Shown: piece after piece, positions 18,735 to 31,182 of the stretch
Position numbering within the stretch: position 1 is the stretch's first letter
Layout of the letters: every line of letters begins with the position of its first letter
Assembly (NCBI GenBank): GCA_031459385.1
Contig: JAVKIP010000008.1
Span: forward strand, 64,001-128,000
Direction: 5' to 3'
Source: Candidatus Fervidifonticultor secundus
GTDB taxonomy: Bacteria > Sysuimicrobiota > Sysuimicrobiia > Sysuimicrobiales > Humicultoraceae
Length of the DNA stretch: 64,000 nt
Program-made: the position numbers and the translations under genes
Notes under the pieces: model-generated
Told to the model about the DNA's origin: nothing
The model's input: the letters and a program-made list of their open reading frames with translations, nothing else
Database searches by the model: none

Positions 18735-19766
18735 ATGGCGGAGGTGGGATGGCCTGGGGTCATCGAAGCCTACCGGGCCTGGCTGCCGCCGGTGCGCGTC
18801 GTGGTCACGCTGCAGGAGGGCCGCACGCCCCTGCTGCCGTCGCCGCGCCTGAGCCAGCAGTTCGGCCGGCCGGTGTGGCTCAAGCTCGAGGGCAGCAATC
18901 CCACGGGCTCGTTCAAGGATCGTGGGATGACGCTGGCGGTGAGTGCTGCTGCCTCCGCGGGTGCCCGCGGGGTCATCTGCGCGTCCACCGGCAACACCGC
19001 GGCCGCGGCTGCGGCCTACGCCGCGCGCGCCGGCCTGCGGTGCGCGATCCTGCTTCCGGCCGGTGCCGTCGCCCGCGGCAAGCTGGTGCAGGCCGTCGCG
19101 CACGGCGCGCGTGTGCTCGCGGTCGAGGCGGGGTTTGATCAGGCCCTGGACCTGGCGCAGGCGGCCAGCCGGGCCTGGGGCGACGTGCTCGTCAACTCCC
19201 TCAACCCCCTGCGGCTCGACGGGCAGATGACCGCCGCCTTCGAGATCTGCGACGCGCTCGGGCGCGCGCCCGCCATCGTCGTCCTCCCGGTGGGCAACGG
19301 CGGGAACATCACGGCGTGCTGGCGCGGCTTCGTCCGGTACGCGGGGGCCGGCCGGGTGGCGACGTGGCCGCGGATGATCGGCGTGCAGGCCGCGGGCGCC
19401 AACCCGCTGGTGCGCGGCGCGCCCGTGGAGCATCCGCAGACGCTGGCGTCGGCGATTCGCATCGGCCGGCCGGCGAACTGGCAGGGCGCGGTGGACGCGG
19501 TGCACGCCTCCGGCGGCGCGTTCGTCCAGGTCACGGATGACGAGATCACCGCGGCCCAGCGCGCGCTGGCTGGTGAGGGGATCTTCGTCGAGCCGGCCTC
19601 CGCCGCAGCGGTGGCCGGCCTGGCGTCCCTGCCGCCGGGCGACGGCGAGGTGGTGTGCATGCTGACCGGGCACGGCCTGAAGGATCCCGACGCGGTGCCC
19701 GGCGTAGAACCCGCGCGGGTGGCTCCGACGCTGGAGGCGCTGAGCTCGGCGTTGGGGACCGCCTGA
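18735..19766 (+). CDS. thrC: Threonine synthase
   Basis: [11 protein letters not shown] (PLP Lys), [29 protein letters not shown]. Confidence 0.93.
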   Translation: MAEVGWPGVIEAYRAWLPPVRVVVTLQEGRTPLLPSPRLSQQFGRPVWLKLEGSNPTGSFKDRGMTLAVSAAASAGARGVICASTGNTAAAAAAYAARAGLRCAILLPAGAVARGKLVQAVAHGARVLAVEAGFDQALDLAQAASRAWGDVLVNSLNPLRLDGQMTAAFEICDALGRAPAIVVLPVGNGGNITACWRGFVRYAGAGRVATWPRMIGVQAAGANPLVRGAPVEHPQTLASAIRIGRPANWQGAVDAVHASGGAFVQVTDDEITAAQRALAGEGIFVEPASAAAVAGLASLPPGDGEVVCMLTGHGLKDPDAVPGVEPARVAPTLEALSSALGTA

Positions 19767-19806
19767 GCGCCGCGCGGATGCGCGGCAGGTGAGCGGAGGG
19801 TACCAG

Positions 19807-21027
19807 GTGGCGCTGGTCGTCCAGAAGTACGGCGGCACGTCGGTGGCGACCGCAGAGCGCGTGCGCCACGTCGCGGGGCGGGTGGTGGCCACGCGGCGGG
19901 CCGGCCACGCCGTGGTGGTGGTGGTCTCGGCGCCCGGCGACATGACCGACGAGCTCATCGCGCGCGCCCGCGAGATCAGCCCGCGCCCCCCGGCCCGCGA
20001 GCTGGACATGCTGATGGCGGTGGGCGAGCAGATCTCGATCGCGCTCCTGTCGATGGCGATCCAGGAGCTGGGGCAGGAGGCCATCTCGCTGACCGGCAGC
20101 CAGGTGCGGATCCTCACCGACGGCGTGCACACCAAAGCCCGCATCCTGGAGGTGGACCGGCGGCGGCTCGACGCCGAGCTGGCCCGCGGCCGCGTCGTGG
20201 TCGTGGCCGGCTTCCAGGGCGTGACGCCCGACCACGAGATCACCACGCTGGGGCGCGGCGGCAGCGACGTGACCGCCGTGGCGTTGGCCTCGGCGCTGGG
20301 GGCCGAGGTGTGCGAGATCTTCACCGACGTGGAAGGGGTCTTCTCGGCCGACCCGCGCGTCGTGCCCGAGGCGCGCAAGCTTGACGTCGTCTCTTACGAC
20401 GAGATGCTGGAGATGGCGTCCAGCGGTGCGGTCGTTCTCCAGACGCGGTCGGTGGAGTACGCCAAGCACTACCGGGTCCGGCTCCACGTGCGGTCGACCT
20501 GGAGCGAGGAGCCCGGCACGATCGTGGAGGAGGTTCCGACGATGGAGCGCGTGCGGCTGGTCACCGGGGTCACGCACGACCTGGACGTGGCCCGCATCAC
20601 GATCCGCGATCTCCCTGACATCCCGGGCATCGCCCACCGCATCTTCTCGGCCCTGGCCGCCCGGCACATCAACGTGGACATGATCGTGCAGACCGCGAGC
20701 CGGGGGGGGCGGGCGGACATCTCGTTCACCGTCACCAAGGCCGACGCGGCCCCGGCTGAAGAGGTGACGCGCGAGGTGGCGCGCGAGATCGGCGCGGCCG
20801 AGGTGGCAGCCTCCCAGGACGTGGCCAAGGTGTCTATCGTCGGCGCGGGCATGGCCAGCAACCCCGGGGTTGCCGCCACCATGTTCGGGGCGCTCGCAGG
20901 GGAGGGCATCAACATCCAGATGATCAGTACTTCTGAAATAAAGGTGTCATGCGTGGTGAGCGCTGGTGACGTGCACCGGGCGGTCCGCGCAGTGCACCGG
21001 GCTTTCAGCCTTGACGCGGTCAGGTAG
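19807..21027 (+). CDS. lysC: Aspartokinase (alpha subunit)
   Basis: [26 protein letters not shown], two ACT domains, [18 protein letters not shown] before GTG. Confidence 0.95.
   Translation: MALVVQKYGGTSVATAERVRHVAGRVVATRRAGHAVVVVVSAPGDMTDELIARAREISPRPPARELDMLMAVGEQISIALLSMAIQELGQEAISLTGSQVRILTDGVHTKARILEVDRRRLDAELARGRVVVVAGFQGVTPDHEITTLGRGGSDVTAVALASALGAEVCEIFTDVEGVFSADPRVVPEARKLDVVSYDEMLEMASSGAVVLQTRSVEYAKHYRVRLHVRSTWSEEPGTIVEEVPTMERVRLVTGVTHDLDVARITIRDLPDIPGIAHRIFSALAARHINVDMIVQTASRGGRADISFTVTKADAAPAEEVTREVAREIGAAEVAASQDVAKVSIVGAGMASNPGVAATMFGALAGEGINIQMISTSEIKVSCVVSAGDVHRAVRAVHRAFSLDAVR
20542..21027 (+). CDS. Probable in-frame aspartokinase beta subunit (internal start, 161 aa)
   Basis: GGAGGAGG at 20526-33 precedes in-frame ATG (codon 246) at the start of the ACT region. 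Confidence 0.65.
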   Translation: MERVRLVTGVTHDLDVARITIRDLPDIPGIAHRIFSALAARHINVDMIVQTASRGGRADISFTVTKADAAPAEEVTREVAREIGAAEVAASQDVAKVSIVGAGMASNPGVAATMFGALAGEGINIQMISTSEIKVSCVVSAGDVHRAVRAVHRAFSLDAVR

Positions 21028-21158
21028 CAGCCGGAGTAGTTCCCGGGTAGGAGGGGGTCGAGGCAGGAGGAGTTTTGTCAGGGCTGCCGAATACACGGTC
21101 TCTCAACACGAGAAGCACTGAGACGTCGCGGCCGGGCGACGGTGGGGGTACGTGACCC

Positions 21159-22031
21159 ATGCGTGACCGTGCCGCGACGTTTTCATCTGGCCCAGCCGCT
21201 CCTGGCAGCGGTCCCGATGGCCTGGCCGCCGCCTACGTCCAGACCCGGGACCCCGCGGCCCGCGACGCGCTCGTCCGCATGTGCGAACCGCTGGTCAGGG
21301 GCGTCGCCGCAGAGTACGCCAATCCGGGCCAGAGCGACGACCTGGTCCAGGTGGGCTATGTCGGCCTTCTGCATGCCATCGAGCACTTCGACCCCACGCG
21401 GGGGACGCCGTTCCTGATCTTCGCCCGGCACTTCATCCGGGGCGAGATCCGCCACTACCTGCGCGACCACCACACCACCATGCGCCGGCCCCGCTGGCTC
21501 GAGCGGGTCAACGACCAGATCGACCAGGCCACCTACCGGCACCTCGGGACCGAGGGCCGGTATCCGGGTTTCGCGGACCTGGCGGCCGCCCTCGGCGTCG
21601 ACGAAGAGACGCTGGCGCACCTGCTGCGGACGCGCCAGGCGGTTCGCACGCTGTCGCTGGACGTGGAGACCGACGAGGGCGAGCCAGGTATCGACCTGGG
21701 GCAGGTGGCAGGGCTGCGCGCGCAGTGGGACGCCGCGATGGAGGACCGCCTCGTCGTCTTGGACGCGCTCGGCAGGCTCAATCCCCTGCAGCGCGCGGTG
21801 ATCTTCTATATCTTCTTCACGGACCTGACGCAGGTCCAGACCGCCCGGCGCCTCGGGGTCTCCCAGAAGCACGTCTCGCGGGTGCTGGCCGCGGCGCTGG
21901 CGCGCCTGCGAGCCCTACTGCGCGCCGACGCCGGGGTCGAAGACCCGGCGGTACCCCACCCGGACCATCCGTCGGCGCCGGCCGCCGAGGCCGCCGCGAC
22001 GGCGACGAGCAGCCGCCTCGCTCGCGCCTGA
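21159..22031 (+). CDS. SigB/SigF/SigG-family RNA polymerase sigma factor
   Basis: DDLVQVGYVGLLHAIEHFDPTRG, IRGEIRHYLRD, region 4 LTQVQTARRLGVSQKHVSR. Confidence 0.88.
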   Translation: MRDRAATFSSGPAAPGSGPDGLAAAYVQTRDPAARDALVRMCEPLVRGVAAEYANPGQSDDLVQVGYVGLLHAIEHFDPTRGTPFLIFARHFIRGEIRHYLRDHHTTMRRPRWLERVNDQIDQATYRHLGTEGRYPGFADLAAALGVDEETLAHLLRTRQAVRTLSLDVETDEGEPGIDLGQVAGLRAQWDAAMEDRLVVLDALGRLNPLQRAVIFYIFFTDLTQVQTARRLGVSQKHVSRVLAAALARLRALLRADAGVEDPAVPHPDHPSAPAAEAAATATSSRLARA

Positions 22032-22103
22032 CGCGCACGCATCCCGGCCGGCGAACCACAGACGCCCTGCGCCGCCCGCGCTCCCGGGCGGCACTCGCGC
22101 CGG

Positions 22104-24056
<1,953 letters not shown>

Positions 24057-24313
24057 GACAGTCCTCCGTGTGCGGTAGGGGGTCTTTCGGTTCGCGGAAG
24101 AGTTCCAGAGGGCCCTCCCGGGCTCCTACCGCGTCGCCCGGGCGTCTGCGGCACCTCCGCTTCCCGGTGCGTCTCCCAGCGGCGCCCGAGCCGCGGCAGG
24201 AACCGGCAGCGCCGGACCGAAATGGCCGGCGTTCCATCAACTCCGCCTACCGAGCCCGTCCGCGCCGCAGGCGGTCGGGGCTGCAGGATCAGGGGGAAGA
24301 GGACGCGCGCCCA

Positions 24314-25726
24314 ATGACAGACGCTACCCGGTGGAGCGCCGCCGAGACCGCGGCCAGGATCGCGCGCGGTCAGGTGTCCGCCACCGAGGTCGTGGAGGCG
24401 TACCTGCGCCGGATCGCCGCCGTCGACGACCGCGTCGGCGCCTACGTCCGGGTCTTCGTCGACGGCGCCCGTGCCCGCGCCCGCGCCCTCGACGTCGACG
24501 CCCGGGCCGGCCGCCTGCACGGCCCGCTGCACGGCGTGCCGGTGGCCGTCAAGGACCTGCTGGCGGTGGAAGGGGTGCCCCTGGGAGCCGGCTCGCCGCT
24601 GCTGGGGCGCGAGCCGTCCCGCAAGACCGCGACCGTGGTCCGGCGCCTGGAGGCGGCGGGCGCCGTCGTGCTCGGGCTCACCACCCTGCACGAGGTGGCA
24701 CTGGGGGTCACCGGCGTGAATCCCCATGGCCGCTTCGCGCGCAACCCGTGGAATCTGGACCGCATCACCGGCGGCTCGAGCAGCGGCTCGGCCGCGGCGG
24801 TCGCTGCGGGCCTCGCCGCGGCGGCCATCGGCTCCGACACCGGCGGCTCCATCCGCCTGCCCGCGGCGTTCTGCGGGATCGTCGGCCTCAAGCCCACGTT
24901 CGGCCGCGTGAGCCGTCACGGGGTCTTCCCGCTGGCAGCGTCGTTCGACACGGTGGGCCCGATGACGCGGACAGTGACCGACGCCGCGCTCCTGCTGGAG
25001 GTGCTCGCGGGCCCAGATCCGGCCGACGGGCACGCGAGCCCGCTGCCGCCCGAGCCGTACACGCGCGCCATGACCGCGGTCCCGGCGAGCCTGCCCGTGG
25101 GCCGCCTGGCGGGCCCGTTCTTCGAGGCCGATCTCGACCCGGCCGCCGCGCGCGCGCTCGACGACGCAACCAGGCTGCTCGAGGATGCCGGGTGTCGCAC
25201 GAGGCCGGTGCACCTGGAGCACGTCGAGGCCGCGCAGGAGGCGCAGCTGGTCGTGCTGCGGTGGGAGGCCGCGCAGGTGCACCGGGCGCGGTTCCCCGGA
25301 CGCGAGGCCGAGTACGGTCCCGATGTGCGCGCGATCCTGGCTCAGGGCGCGGCGACGACGCCAGAGGCCCTGGCCCACGCGCGCCAGGCGCTGGCGCGGC
25401 TGCAGGCCGAGGTGCGGGCGCAGCTGCGCGAGACCCCGGTGCTCCTGGGGCCGATGCTGGCGATCGGCGCCCCGCGCATCGCCGACGTCGACCCGGCCGG
25501 CCCGGCGTGGCAGGTCCTGCGGCGGGTGATCGCACGGTTCTCGCGCCTGTTCAACGCCACCGGCCTGCCGGCGCTCGCACTGCCCGCCGGGCTCACCGCC
25601 GAGGGGCTGCCCGTGGCCGTCCAGCTGGCGGCCGGGCCGTTCGCCGAGAGCCTGGTGCTGGGCGTGGCGCGCCGCCTCGAGGCCGCGCTGGGCTGGACGC
25701 TCCCGGTGCTGCCGCGGGACGCGTGA
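24314..25726 (+). CDS. Amidase signature family protein
   Basis: VAVKD, GGSSSGSAAAVA, GSDTGGSIRLPA (Lys-Ser-Ser triad). Confidence 0.9.
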   Translation: MTDATRWSAAETAARIARGQVSATEVVEAYLRRIAAVDDRVGAYVRVFVDGARARARALDVDARAGRLHGPLHGVPVAVKDLLAVEGVPLGAGSPLLGREPSRKTATVVRRLEAAGAVVLGLTTLHEVALGVTGVNPHGRFARNPWNLDRITGGSSSGSAAAVAAGLAAAAIGSDTGGSIRLPAAFCGIVGLKPTFGRVSRHGVFPLAASFDTVGPMTRTVTDAALLLEVLAGPDPADGHASPLPPEPYTRAMTAVPASLPVGRLAGPFFEADLDPAAARALDDATRLLEDAGCRTRPVHLEHVEAAQEAQLVVLRWEAAQVHRARFPGREAEYGPDVRAILAQGAATTPEALAHARQALARLQAEVRAQLRETPVLLGPMLAIGAPRIADVDPAGPAWQVLRRVIARFSRLFNATGLPALALPAGLTAEGLPVAVQLAAGPFAESLVLGVARRLEAALGWTLPVLPRDA

Positions 25727-25819
25727 GCGCACCGCAGGAGTCGCGGCGCGCGGACGCGAAGTCGGCGACGTCATGACCGCCGCCCGCGGGCGCGACCCGT
25801 GGCCCGTGCTCCTGGCCGC

Positions 25820-27670
25820 ATGAGGACGCTTCGCCCGCTCTCGTTGCTCGCGCTCGCCGCCACCTGGCTGCTGCTCCTGGTCGGTGCCACCGTCAGCGCC
25901 ACCGGCGCGGGGCTCGCCTGCCCGGACTGGCCGTTGTGCCACGGGCGGCTGCTCCCGCCGCTGGAGCGGCTGGTGCTGGTCGAGTACGGCCACCGGCTGC
26001 TGGCGTCCGCGGTGGGCGTGCTGGTGCTGGCGCTGGCGGTGCTGACGTGGAAGCACGCGCGCGGGCCCGGAGGGCTCGCGCGGGGCGCGGCGGGGCTGCT
26101 GGTGCTCCTGGCGGTGCAGGTGGGGCTCGGCGGCGCCACGGTCCTGTCGTCGCTCGCGCCGGTGATCGTGGGCGTGCACCTGGGCACCGCGATGGCCTTC
26201 ATGGCCGTGCTGACCGCGTTCGCCGTGCGCGCGCACATGGCAGACGGTGGACCGGCCGCGCGCGACGCGACCGGCAGGGCGGCCGCGTGCGCCGGCGACC
26301 CCGGCCTGCCGCGCCTGGTGATGGCCGCGGCCGTGCTCGTCTACCTCCAGATCCTGCTGGGCGGGTTCACCAGCGCCTTCGGGGCGGGCCTGGCGTGTGG
26401 CGGGCTGCCGCTGTGCCACGGGGCCATCATCCCGGCCGGGCCGCCGCCGGCGGTGCTGCACGCCGTGCACCGCGCGCTGGGGGTGGGTGCGGCCGGCGTC
26501 GTGGCAGCGGTCGCGGTGCGGGCGCGGCGCAGCCACGATGCGCCCGTGCGCCGCGGCGCCGCCGCGGCCGCAGCGCTCGGTGTCGTCCAGGTGGCGCTCG
26601 GCGTCTTGAACGTGACGACCCGCCTGGCCCTGGAGGTGCGCGTGGCGCATCTGGGCGGCGCAGCCGCACTGCTGGCCGCACTGGTCGCACTCGCCGTGTG
26701 GATGCAGCACGCCCGCGCGCTGCGCGCCGAGCCGGTGGCGTCGGCTGCGCCCACCTCCGGTCCTTCCGCGCCCCATCGCCCCGCCCCGGGGCCCACGCCG
26801 GGCCGGTCGGTCGTGCGCCTGGTGGGGGACTACGTGGCCCTGACCAAACCGCGCATCGTGGCGCTGCTCCTGCTCACCACGGTGACCACGATGGTGGTGG
26901 CAGGCGGCCATCCGGGCGCCGGGCTGGTGGTGTTCACGATGCTCGGTGGCGCGCTGGCCGCCGGCAGCGCCAACGCCATCAACTGCTACTGGGACCGCGA
27001 CATCGACGCCCTCATGCGCCGGACGCGCGGCCGCCCGCTCCCGGCGGGCCGCGTCGCGCCGCGCCACGCGCTGGCCTTCGGGCTGGCGCTGGCCGTGCTG
27101 GCGGTCGTGGTGCTGGGCCTGCGGGTCAACTGGCTGTCGGCGGCCCTGGCCCTGGCCGGCATCGTGTTCTACGTGGGGGTCTACACGGTCTGGTTGAAGC
27201 GCAGCACGCCGCAGAACATCGTCATCGGTGGTGCCGCGGGTGCCGTTCCGCCGCTGGTGGGCTGGGCCGCCGTCACCGACCAGGTGGCGCTCCCGGCGTT
27301 CATGCTGTTCGCCATCATCTTCCTGTGGACGCCGCCGCACTTCTGGGCGTTGGCGCTGCACCGGCAGGACGAATACCGGGCAGCCGGTGTCCCGATGCTG
27401 CCGGTAGTGGCGGGCCCGCAGGAGACCCTGCGCCAGATGCTGGGCTACACCCTGGCCCTGGTGGCGGCCACCCTGGCCCTGGCCGGACTCGGCGTGCTGG
27501 GCCGCGTCTACCTGCTGGCCGCGGTGGTCCTGGCGGTGCCGTTCCTGGTGCTGGTGCTGCGGCTGGCGCGGCGCCCGACGCCGCAGCAGGCCTGGGCGGT
27601 CTTCGAGTACTCCGTGCTCTACCTCGGCCTGCTCTTCGCGGCCATGGCGGTGGACCGGCTGGTGGGGTAG
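25820..27670 (+). CDS. Fused heme A synthase (CtaA) - heme O synthase (CtaB)
   Basis: N-half GLACPDWPLC and EYGHR; C-half LTKPRI, NCYWDRDIDALMRRT..RP, WTPPHFWAL; start could be 25799. Confidence 0.9.
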   Translation: MRTLRPLSLLALAATWLLLLVGATVSATGAGLACPDWPLCHGRLLPPLERLVLVEYGHRLLASAVGVLVLALAVLTWKHARGPGGLARGAAGLLVLLAVQVGLGGATVLSSLAPVIVGVHLGTAMAFMAVLTAFAVRAHMADGGPAARDATGRAAACAGDPGLPRLVMAAAVLVYLQILLGGFTSAFGAGLACGGLPLCHGAIIPAGPPPAVLHAVHRALGVGAAGVVAAVAVRARRSHDAPVRRGAAAAAALGVVQVALGVLNVTTRLALEVRVAHLGGAAALLAALVALAVWMQHARALRAEPVASAAPTSGPSAPHRPAPGPTPGRSVVRLVGDYVALTKPRIVALLLLTTVTTMVVAGGHPGAGLVVFTMLGGALAAGSANAINCYWDRDIDALMRRTRGRPLPAGRVAPRHALAFGLALAVLAVVVLGLRVNWLSAALALAGIVFYVGVYTVWLKRSTPQNIVIGGAAGAVPPLVGWAAVTDQVALPAFMLFAIIFLWTPPHFWALALHRQDEYRAAGVPMLPVVAGPQETLRQMLGYTLALVAATLALAGLGVLGRVYLLAAVVLAVPFLVLVLRLARRPTPQQAWAVFEYSVLYLGLLFAAMAVDRLVG

Positions 27671-27767
27671 GCCTCCGGGCGCCGCCGGCGCATGCGCCCG
27701 CAGGAGCGCGCAGCGCGGGCTGGAGTGGCCGGCACGGGTCCGGCGCGGTCAGCGCCGGCGGGAGCGA

Positions 27768-28064
27768 TCAGCGCAGGTGGTGCACGCTCAGCGCGTCCGG
27801 GCCGATGAAGGCGAACATCACCACGGTCAGCACCACCATCGGCACCACCACGGCGTAGACCAGGGCGAGCCGCTCATAGGCCAGGTGCATGAAGTAGGCC
27901 ATGATCAGCGCGGCCTTCATCAGGGCCAGGACGACGAGCGACGGTACCAGCACCGCCCGCGGCACGCGCACCAGCACGATAGCCACTTCCAGCAGGGTGA
28001 TGACCAGCAGCCAGAACCAGGTAACAGCGTAGATCCGATATCCGCGGTGATGCCCCTCGGCCAC
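27768..28064 (-). CDS. Cytochrome c oxidase subunit IV
   Basis: Small hydrophobic protein, KAALIMAYFMHL; last gene of the cox operon. Confidence 0.85.
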   Translation of the reverse strand: MAEGHHRGYRIYAVTWFWLLVITLLEVAIVLVRVPRAVLVPSLVVLALMKAALIMAYFMHLAYERLALVYAVVVPMVVLTVVMFAFIGPDALSVHHLR

Positions 28065-28074
28065 GGCGCGCCTC

Positions 28075-28692
28075 CTAGATCAGGTACAGCAGCGTGAAGA
28101 TGAAGACCCAGACCAGGTCCACGAAGTGCCAGTACAGCCCGGCGATCTCCACGCTCTCGGGCTGGATCGTGCCCCGGAGCCAGCGCAACGCCGTGATCAA
28201 CAGGTAGATGACGCCGCCGGTGACGTGCCCGCCGTGGAAGCCGGTGATGATGAAGAACGTCGCCGAGAACTGCGGGACGCCCCAGGGGTTGGAGAAGAGG
28301 CGGGCGCCCTCGCCGATGAAGTGCGTCCACTCGTAGGCCTGGGCACCCAGGAAGAACAGCCCGCCCAGTATCGTGAGCAGCAGGTAGCGCACCACCCGCG
28401 GCCGGTCGCCCTGCCGGGCGGCGCCCACGGCCACGGCCATGGTGGCGCTGCTGCAGATCAGGATGAACGTCATGAGGCTCACGAGGCCGATGTTGAAGAT
28501 CTCGAACTGGTGCACCCAGCGCCCCAGCGTCAAGCGCATGGCGCCGTAACCGGTCAGCAGGCCGGCGAACGTCAGGGTGTCTGAGATCAGGAACAGCCAC
28601 ATCATGAACTTGGGCCAGCCGACCGCGAAGGGCGACCGCCCACCGCTCCACTCGGCCGCCAGGGTCTGCGGCTCTCCCGCGCCTGCGCTCAC
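28075..28692 (-). CDS. Cytochrome c oxidase subunit III
   Basis: MWLFLISD, FFIITGFHGGHV, GLYWHFVDLVW. Confidence 0.9.
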   Translation of the reverse strand: MSAGAGEPQTLAAEWSGGRSPFAVGWPKFMMWLFLISDTLTFAGLLTGYGAMRLTLGRWVHQFEIFNIGLVSLMTFILICSSATMAVAVGAARQGDRPRVVRYLLLTILGGLFFLGAQAYEWTHFIGEGARLFSNPWGVPQFSATFFIITGFHGGHVTGGVIYLLITALRWLRGTIQPESVEIAGLYWHFVDLVWVFIFTLLYLI

Positions 28693-28714
28693 CGTCGCCC
28701 CCTTCCCCCGCCCG

Positions 28715-29344
28715 CTACACCCAGAACAGCATCACCACGAGGTACAGCCACAGCGCGTCCACGAAGTGCCAGTAGACGGCCACCGGGCCCAGCACCGCCG
28801 CCTGCGCCCTCGCCTGCCCGGCCCGCCACCACGCGTACGCCAGCGCGCCGACGCCGCCTGCCAGGTGGAGGGCGTGGGTGCCGGTGAGCAGGTAGAAGAA
28901 GTCGCTGTGCGGGCTGGTGGCGAGGTAGACGCCGGCGGCCACCAGCGCGCGCCAGGCCGCCATCTGCCCTAGCAGGAACGCCGTGCCCAGCAGCGCCGCC
29001 GCCGCGGTCGCCCGTCGCGCGGTCCCGGCCCGGCCCCGCACGGCCGCGCGCCGCGCCACTTCCAGCGCCGCGCTGCTGGCCAGGAGCACCGCGGTGTTGA
29101 CCCACAGCACGGGCGGCATCGCCAGCGGCCGCCAGTCGGCCAGGGCCCGCCGAGCCAGGTAGGTGCTCGTGAACGATGCGAACAGGATAGTGACGACGCC
29201 GACCAGCAGCCAGGTGACGACGCCCGCCGGCTGCAACGTCCATGCGCCGTCGCCGGGGCCGCGGCCTGGCCCCTCTCCCCCGGCCGGCCCGCGCGGCGGC
29301 GGGCCGCCGGCCTGTGGCTTCTCCAGGGTGCGGAGGGCGCCCAC
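28715..29344 (-). CDS. Cytochrome c oxidase subunit III-like (second copy)
   Basis: FYLLTGTHALH, YWHFVDALW. Confidence 0.88.
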   Translation of the reverse strand: MGALRTLEKPQAGGPPPRGPAGGEGPGRGPGDGAWTLQPAGVVTWLLVGVVTILFASFTSTYLARRALADWRPLAMPPVLWVNTAVLLASSAALEVARRAAVRGRAGTARRATAAAALLGTAFLLGQMAAWRALVAAGVYLATSPHSDFFYLLTGTHALHLAGGVGALAYAWWRAGQARAQAAVLGPVAVYWHFVDALWLYLVVMLFWV

Positions 29345-29347
29345 AGC

Positions 29348-31144
29348 CTAGGCGCGCCCGCCGTGCCCGTGGGCGGGCGAGGCGACCGCCGCGGTGGGCG
29401 TGGTCTGGGGGACGAAGTCCTCGGGGGCATCGGGCAGGCTGTAGTCGTAAGCCCACCGGTGCACCTCGGGCTCGTGCGCGCCCCAGTTCCCGTGCGGGGG
29501 CGGCGAGGGCGCCTCCCACTCCAGGGTGGTGGCCCGCCAGGGGTTGCGCTCAGCGCGGGGGCCCCAGCCCAGGCTGTAGAGGAAGTTGCCGATGAAGAGC
29601 AGCTGCGCCAGCCCCAGGCCGAACGCGGCCAGGGAGATGGCCGTGTTCAGCGGGCCCGCGGCCTGCATGCGCTCGAACAACTGGTACGCGTAGTAGCGGC
29701 GGGTGACGCCCATGAACCCCAGGAAGTGCATGGGGAAGAACGTGGCGTAGATACCGATGAACGTCAGCCAGAAGTGCAGGCGCCCCAGCCGCTCGTTCAG
29801 CATCCGGCCGAACATCTTGGGGAACCAGTGGTAGAGGCCGGCGAAGACGCCGAACATGGCGGCGCTGGCCATGACGAAGTGGAAGTGCGCCACGACGAAG
29901 TAGGTGTCGTGCATCTGGAGGTCCACCGGCGGCTGGGCCAGGAAGACACCGGTGAGGCCGCCCGTGACGAACAGCGACACGAAGCCGATGGCGAAGAGCA
30001 CAGCCGGCGTGAAGCGGATGCGGGCCCGCCACAGCGTGGCCAGCCAGTTGAAGGTCTTCACCGCCGAAGGTACCGCGATGGCCAGCGTCGTGGTCATGAA
30101 GGCCATGCCGACCAGCGGGTGCATGCCGCTGGTGTACATGTGGTGGCCCCACACCAGGAACGAGAGGATGCCGATGGCCGCCATGGACCCCACCATGAAC
30201 GGGTAGCCGAAGATGGGCTTGCGGCTCCCGGCCGCCAGGATGTCCGAGACCATGCCCATCGGCGGGAGGATCAGGACGTAGACTTCGGGGTGCCCCAGGA
30301 ACCAGAACAGATGCTGCCACAGGATCGGGTTCCCGCCGGCATGGGAGAGGAGCTGCCCGCCCACGACCACCTCCGGCACGAAGAAGCTGGTGCCGGCCAG
30401 CCGGTCGAACAGGAGCATGACCACCGCCGCGGTCAGCACCGGGAACGACAGCAGCATGAGCAGCGCCGTGATGAACATGCCCCAGATGGTCAGGGGCAGG
30501 CGGAGCATGGACATGCCGCGCGTGCGCAGCTGCAGAATGGTGGTGATGTAGTTCAGTCCACCGAAGAGGAAGGCCAGGATCAACACCACCAGGCTCAGCA
30601 GCCACAGCGTCTGCCCCAGGCCCGAGCCCGGCGCGGCCTGGGGGATCGCCGAAAGCGGCGGGTAGGCCGTCCACCCGGCGTTGGGGGCGCCGCCTGTGAC
30701 GAAGAACGACGCCAGCAGCAGGACGACGGCTGGCGGGTACAGCCAGTAGGAGAGGGCGTTCAGGAACGGGAACGCCATGTCGCGGGCGCCGATCTGCAAC
30801 GGGATCAGGAAGTTCCCGAAGCCGCCGGAGAGCGCCGTGGTCAGCACGAAGAAGATCATGATGGTGCCGTGCATGGTGACCAGGGCCAGGTAGAAGTCGG
30901 GCTTCATCACCCCGCCCTGGAAGCCCCCGGGGAAGAGGGCCTGCAGCTCGGGCCAGCGCCACCCCGGATAGCCGAGCTGGAGCCGGATCAGCATCGCCAG
31001 CGTCCCGCCGATCACCGCCATCACCATCGACGTCAGCAGGTACTGGATGCCGATGATCTTGTGGTCGAGGCTGAAGATGTACTTGCGGACGAAGCCCAGC
31101 TCGTGCTCCGCGTGCGCGGGGGCCGCGGCGTGCGGGGTGCTCAT
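29348..31144 (-). CDS. ctaD: Heme-copper oxidase subunit I (A1 type)
   Basis: DHKIIG, GHPEVY, VWGHH, HDTYFVVAHFH. Confidence 0.95.
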   Translation of the reverse strand: MSTPHAAAPAHAEHELGFVRKYIFSLDHKIIGIQYLLTSMVMAVIGGTLAMLIRLQLGYPGWRWPELQALFPGGFQGGVMKPDFYLALVTMHGTIMIFFVLTTALSGGFGNFLIPLQIGARDMAFPFLNALSYWLYPPAVVLLLASFFVTGGAPNAGWTAYPPLSAIPQAAPGSGLGQTLWLLSLVVLILAFLFGGLNYITTILQLRTRGMSMLRLPLTIWGMFITALLMLLSFPVLTAAVVMLLFDRLAGTSFFVPEVVVGGQLLSHAGGNPILWQHLFWFLGHPEVYVLILPPMGMVSDILAAGSRKPIFGYPFMVGSMAAIGILSFLVWGHHMYTSGMHPLVGMAFMTTTLAIAVPSAVKTFNWLATLWRARIRFTPAVLFAIGFVSLFVTGGLTGVFLAQPPVDLQMHDTYFVVAHFHFVMASAAMFGVFAGLYHWFPKMFGRMLNERLGRLHFWLTFIGIYATFFPMHFLGFMGVTRRYYAYQLFERMQAAGPLNTAISLAAFGLGLAQLLFIGNFLYSLGWGPRAERNPWRATTLEWEAPSPPPHGNWGAHEPEVHRWAYDYSLPDAPEDFVPQTTPTAAVASPAHGHGGRA

Positions 31145-31182
31145 CGGCTCCGACTCCTCATGGACGTCATGCGCACTCTGCG

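Noticed and set aside
24314..25726. gatA
   Set aside because: It shows only generic amidase signature motifs, with no gatB or gatC adjacent.
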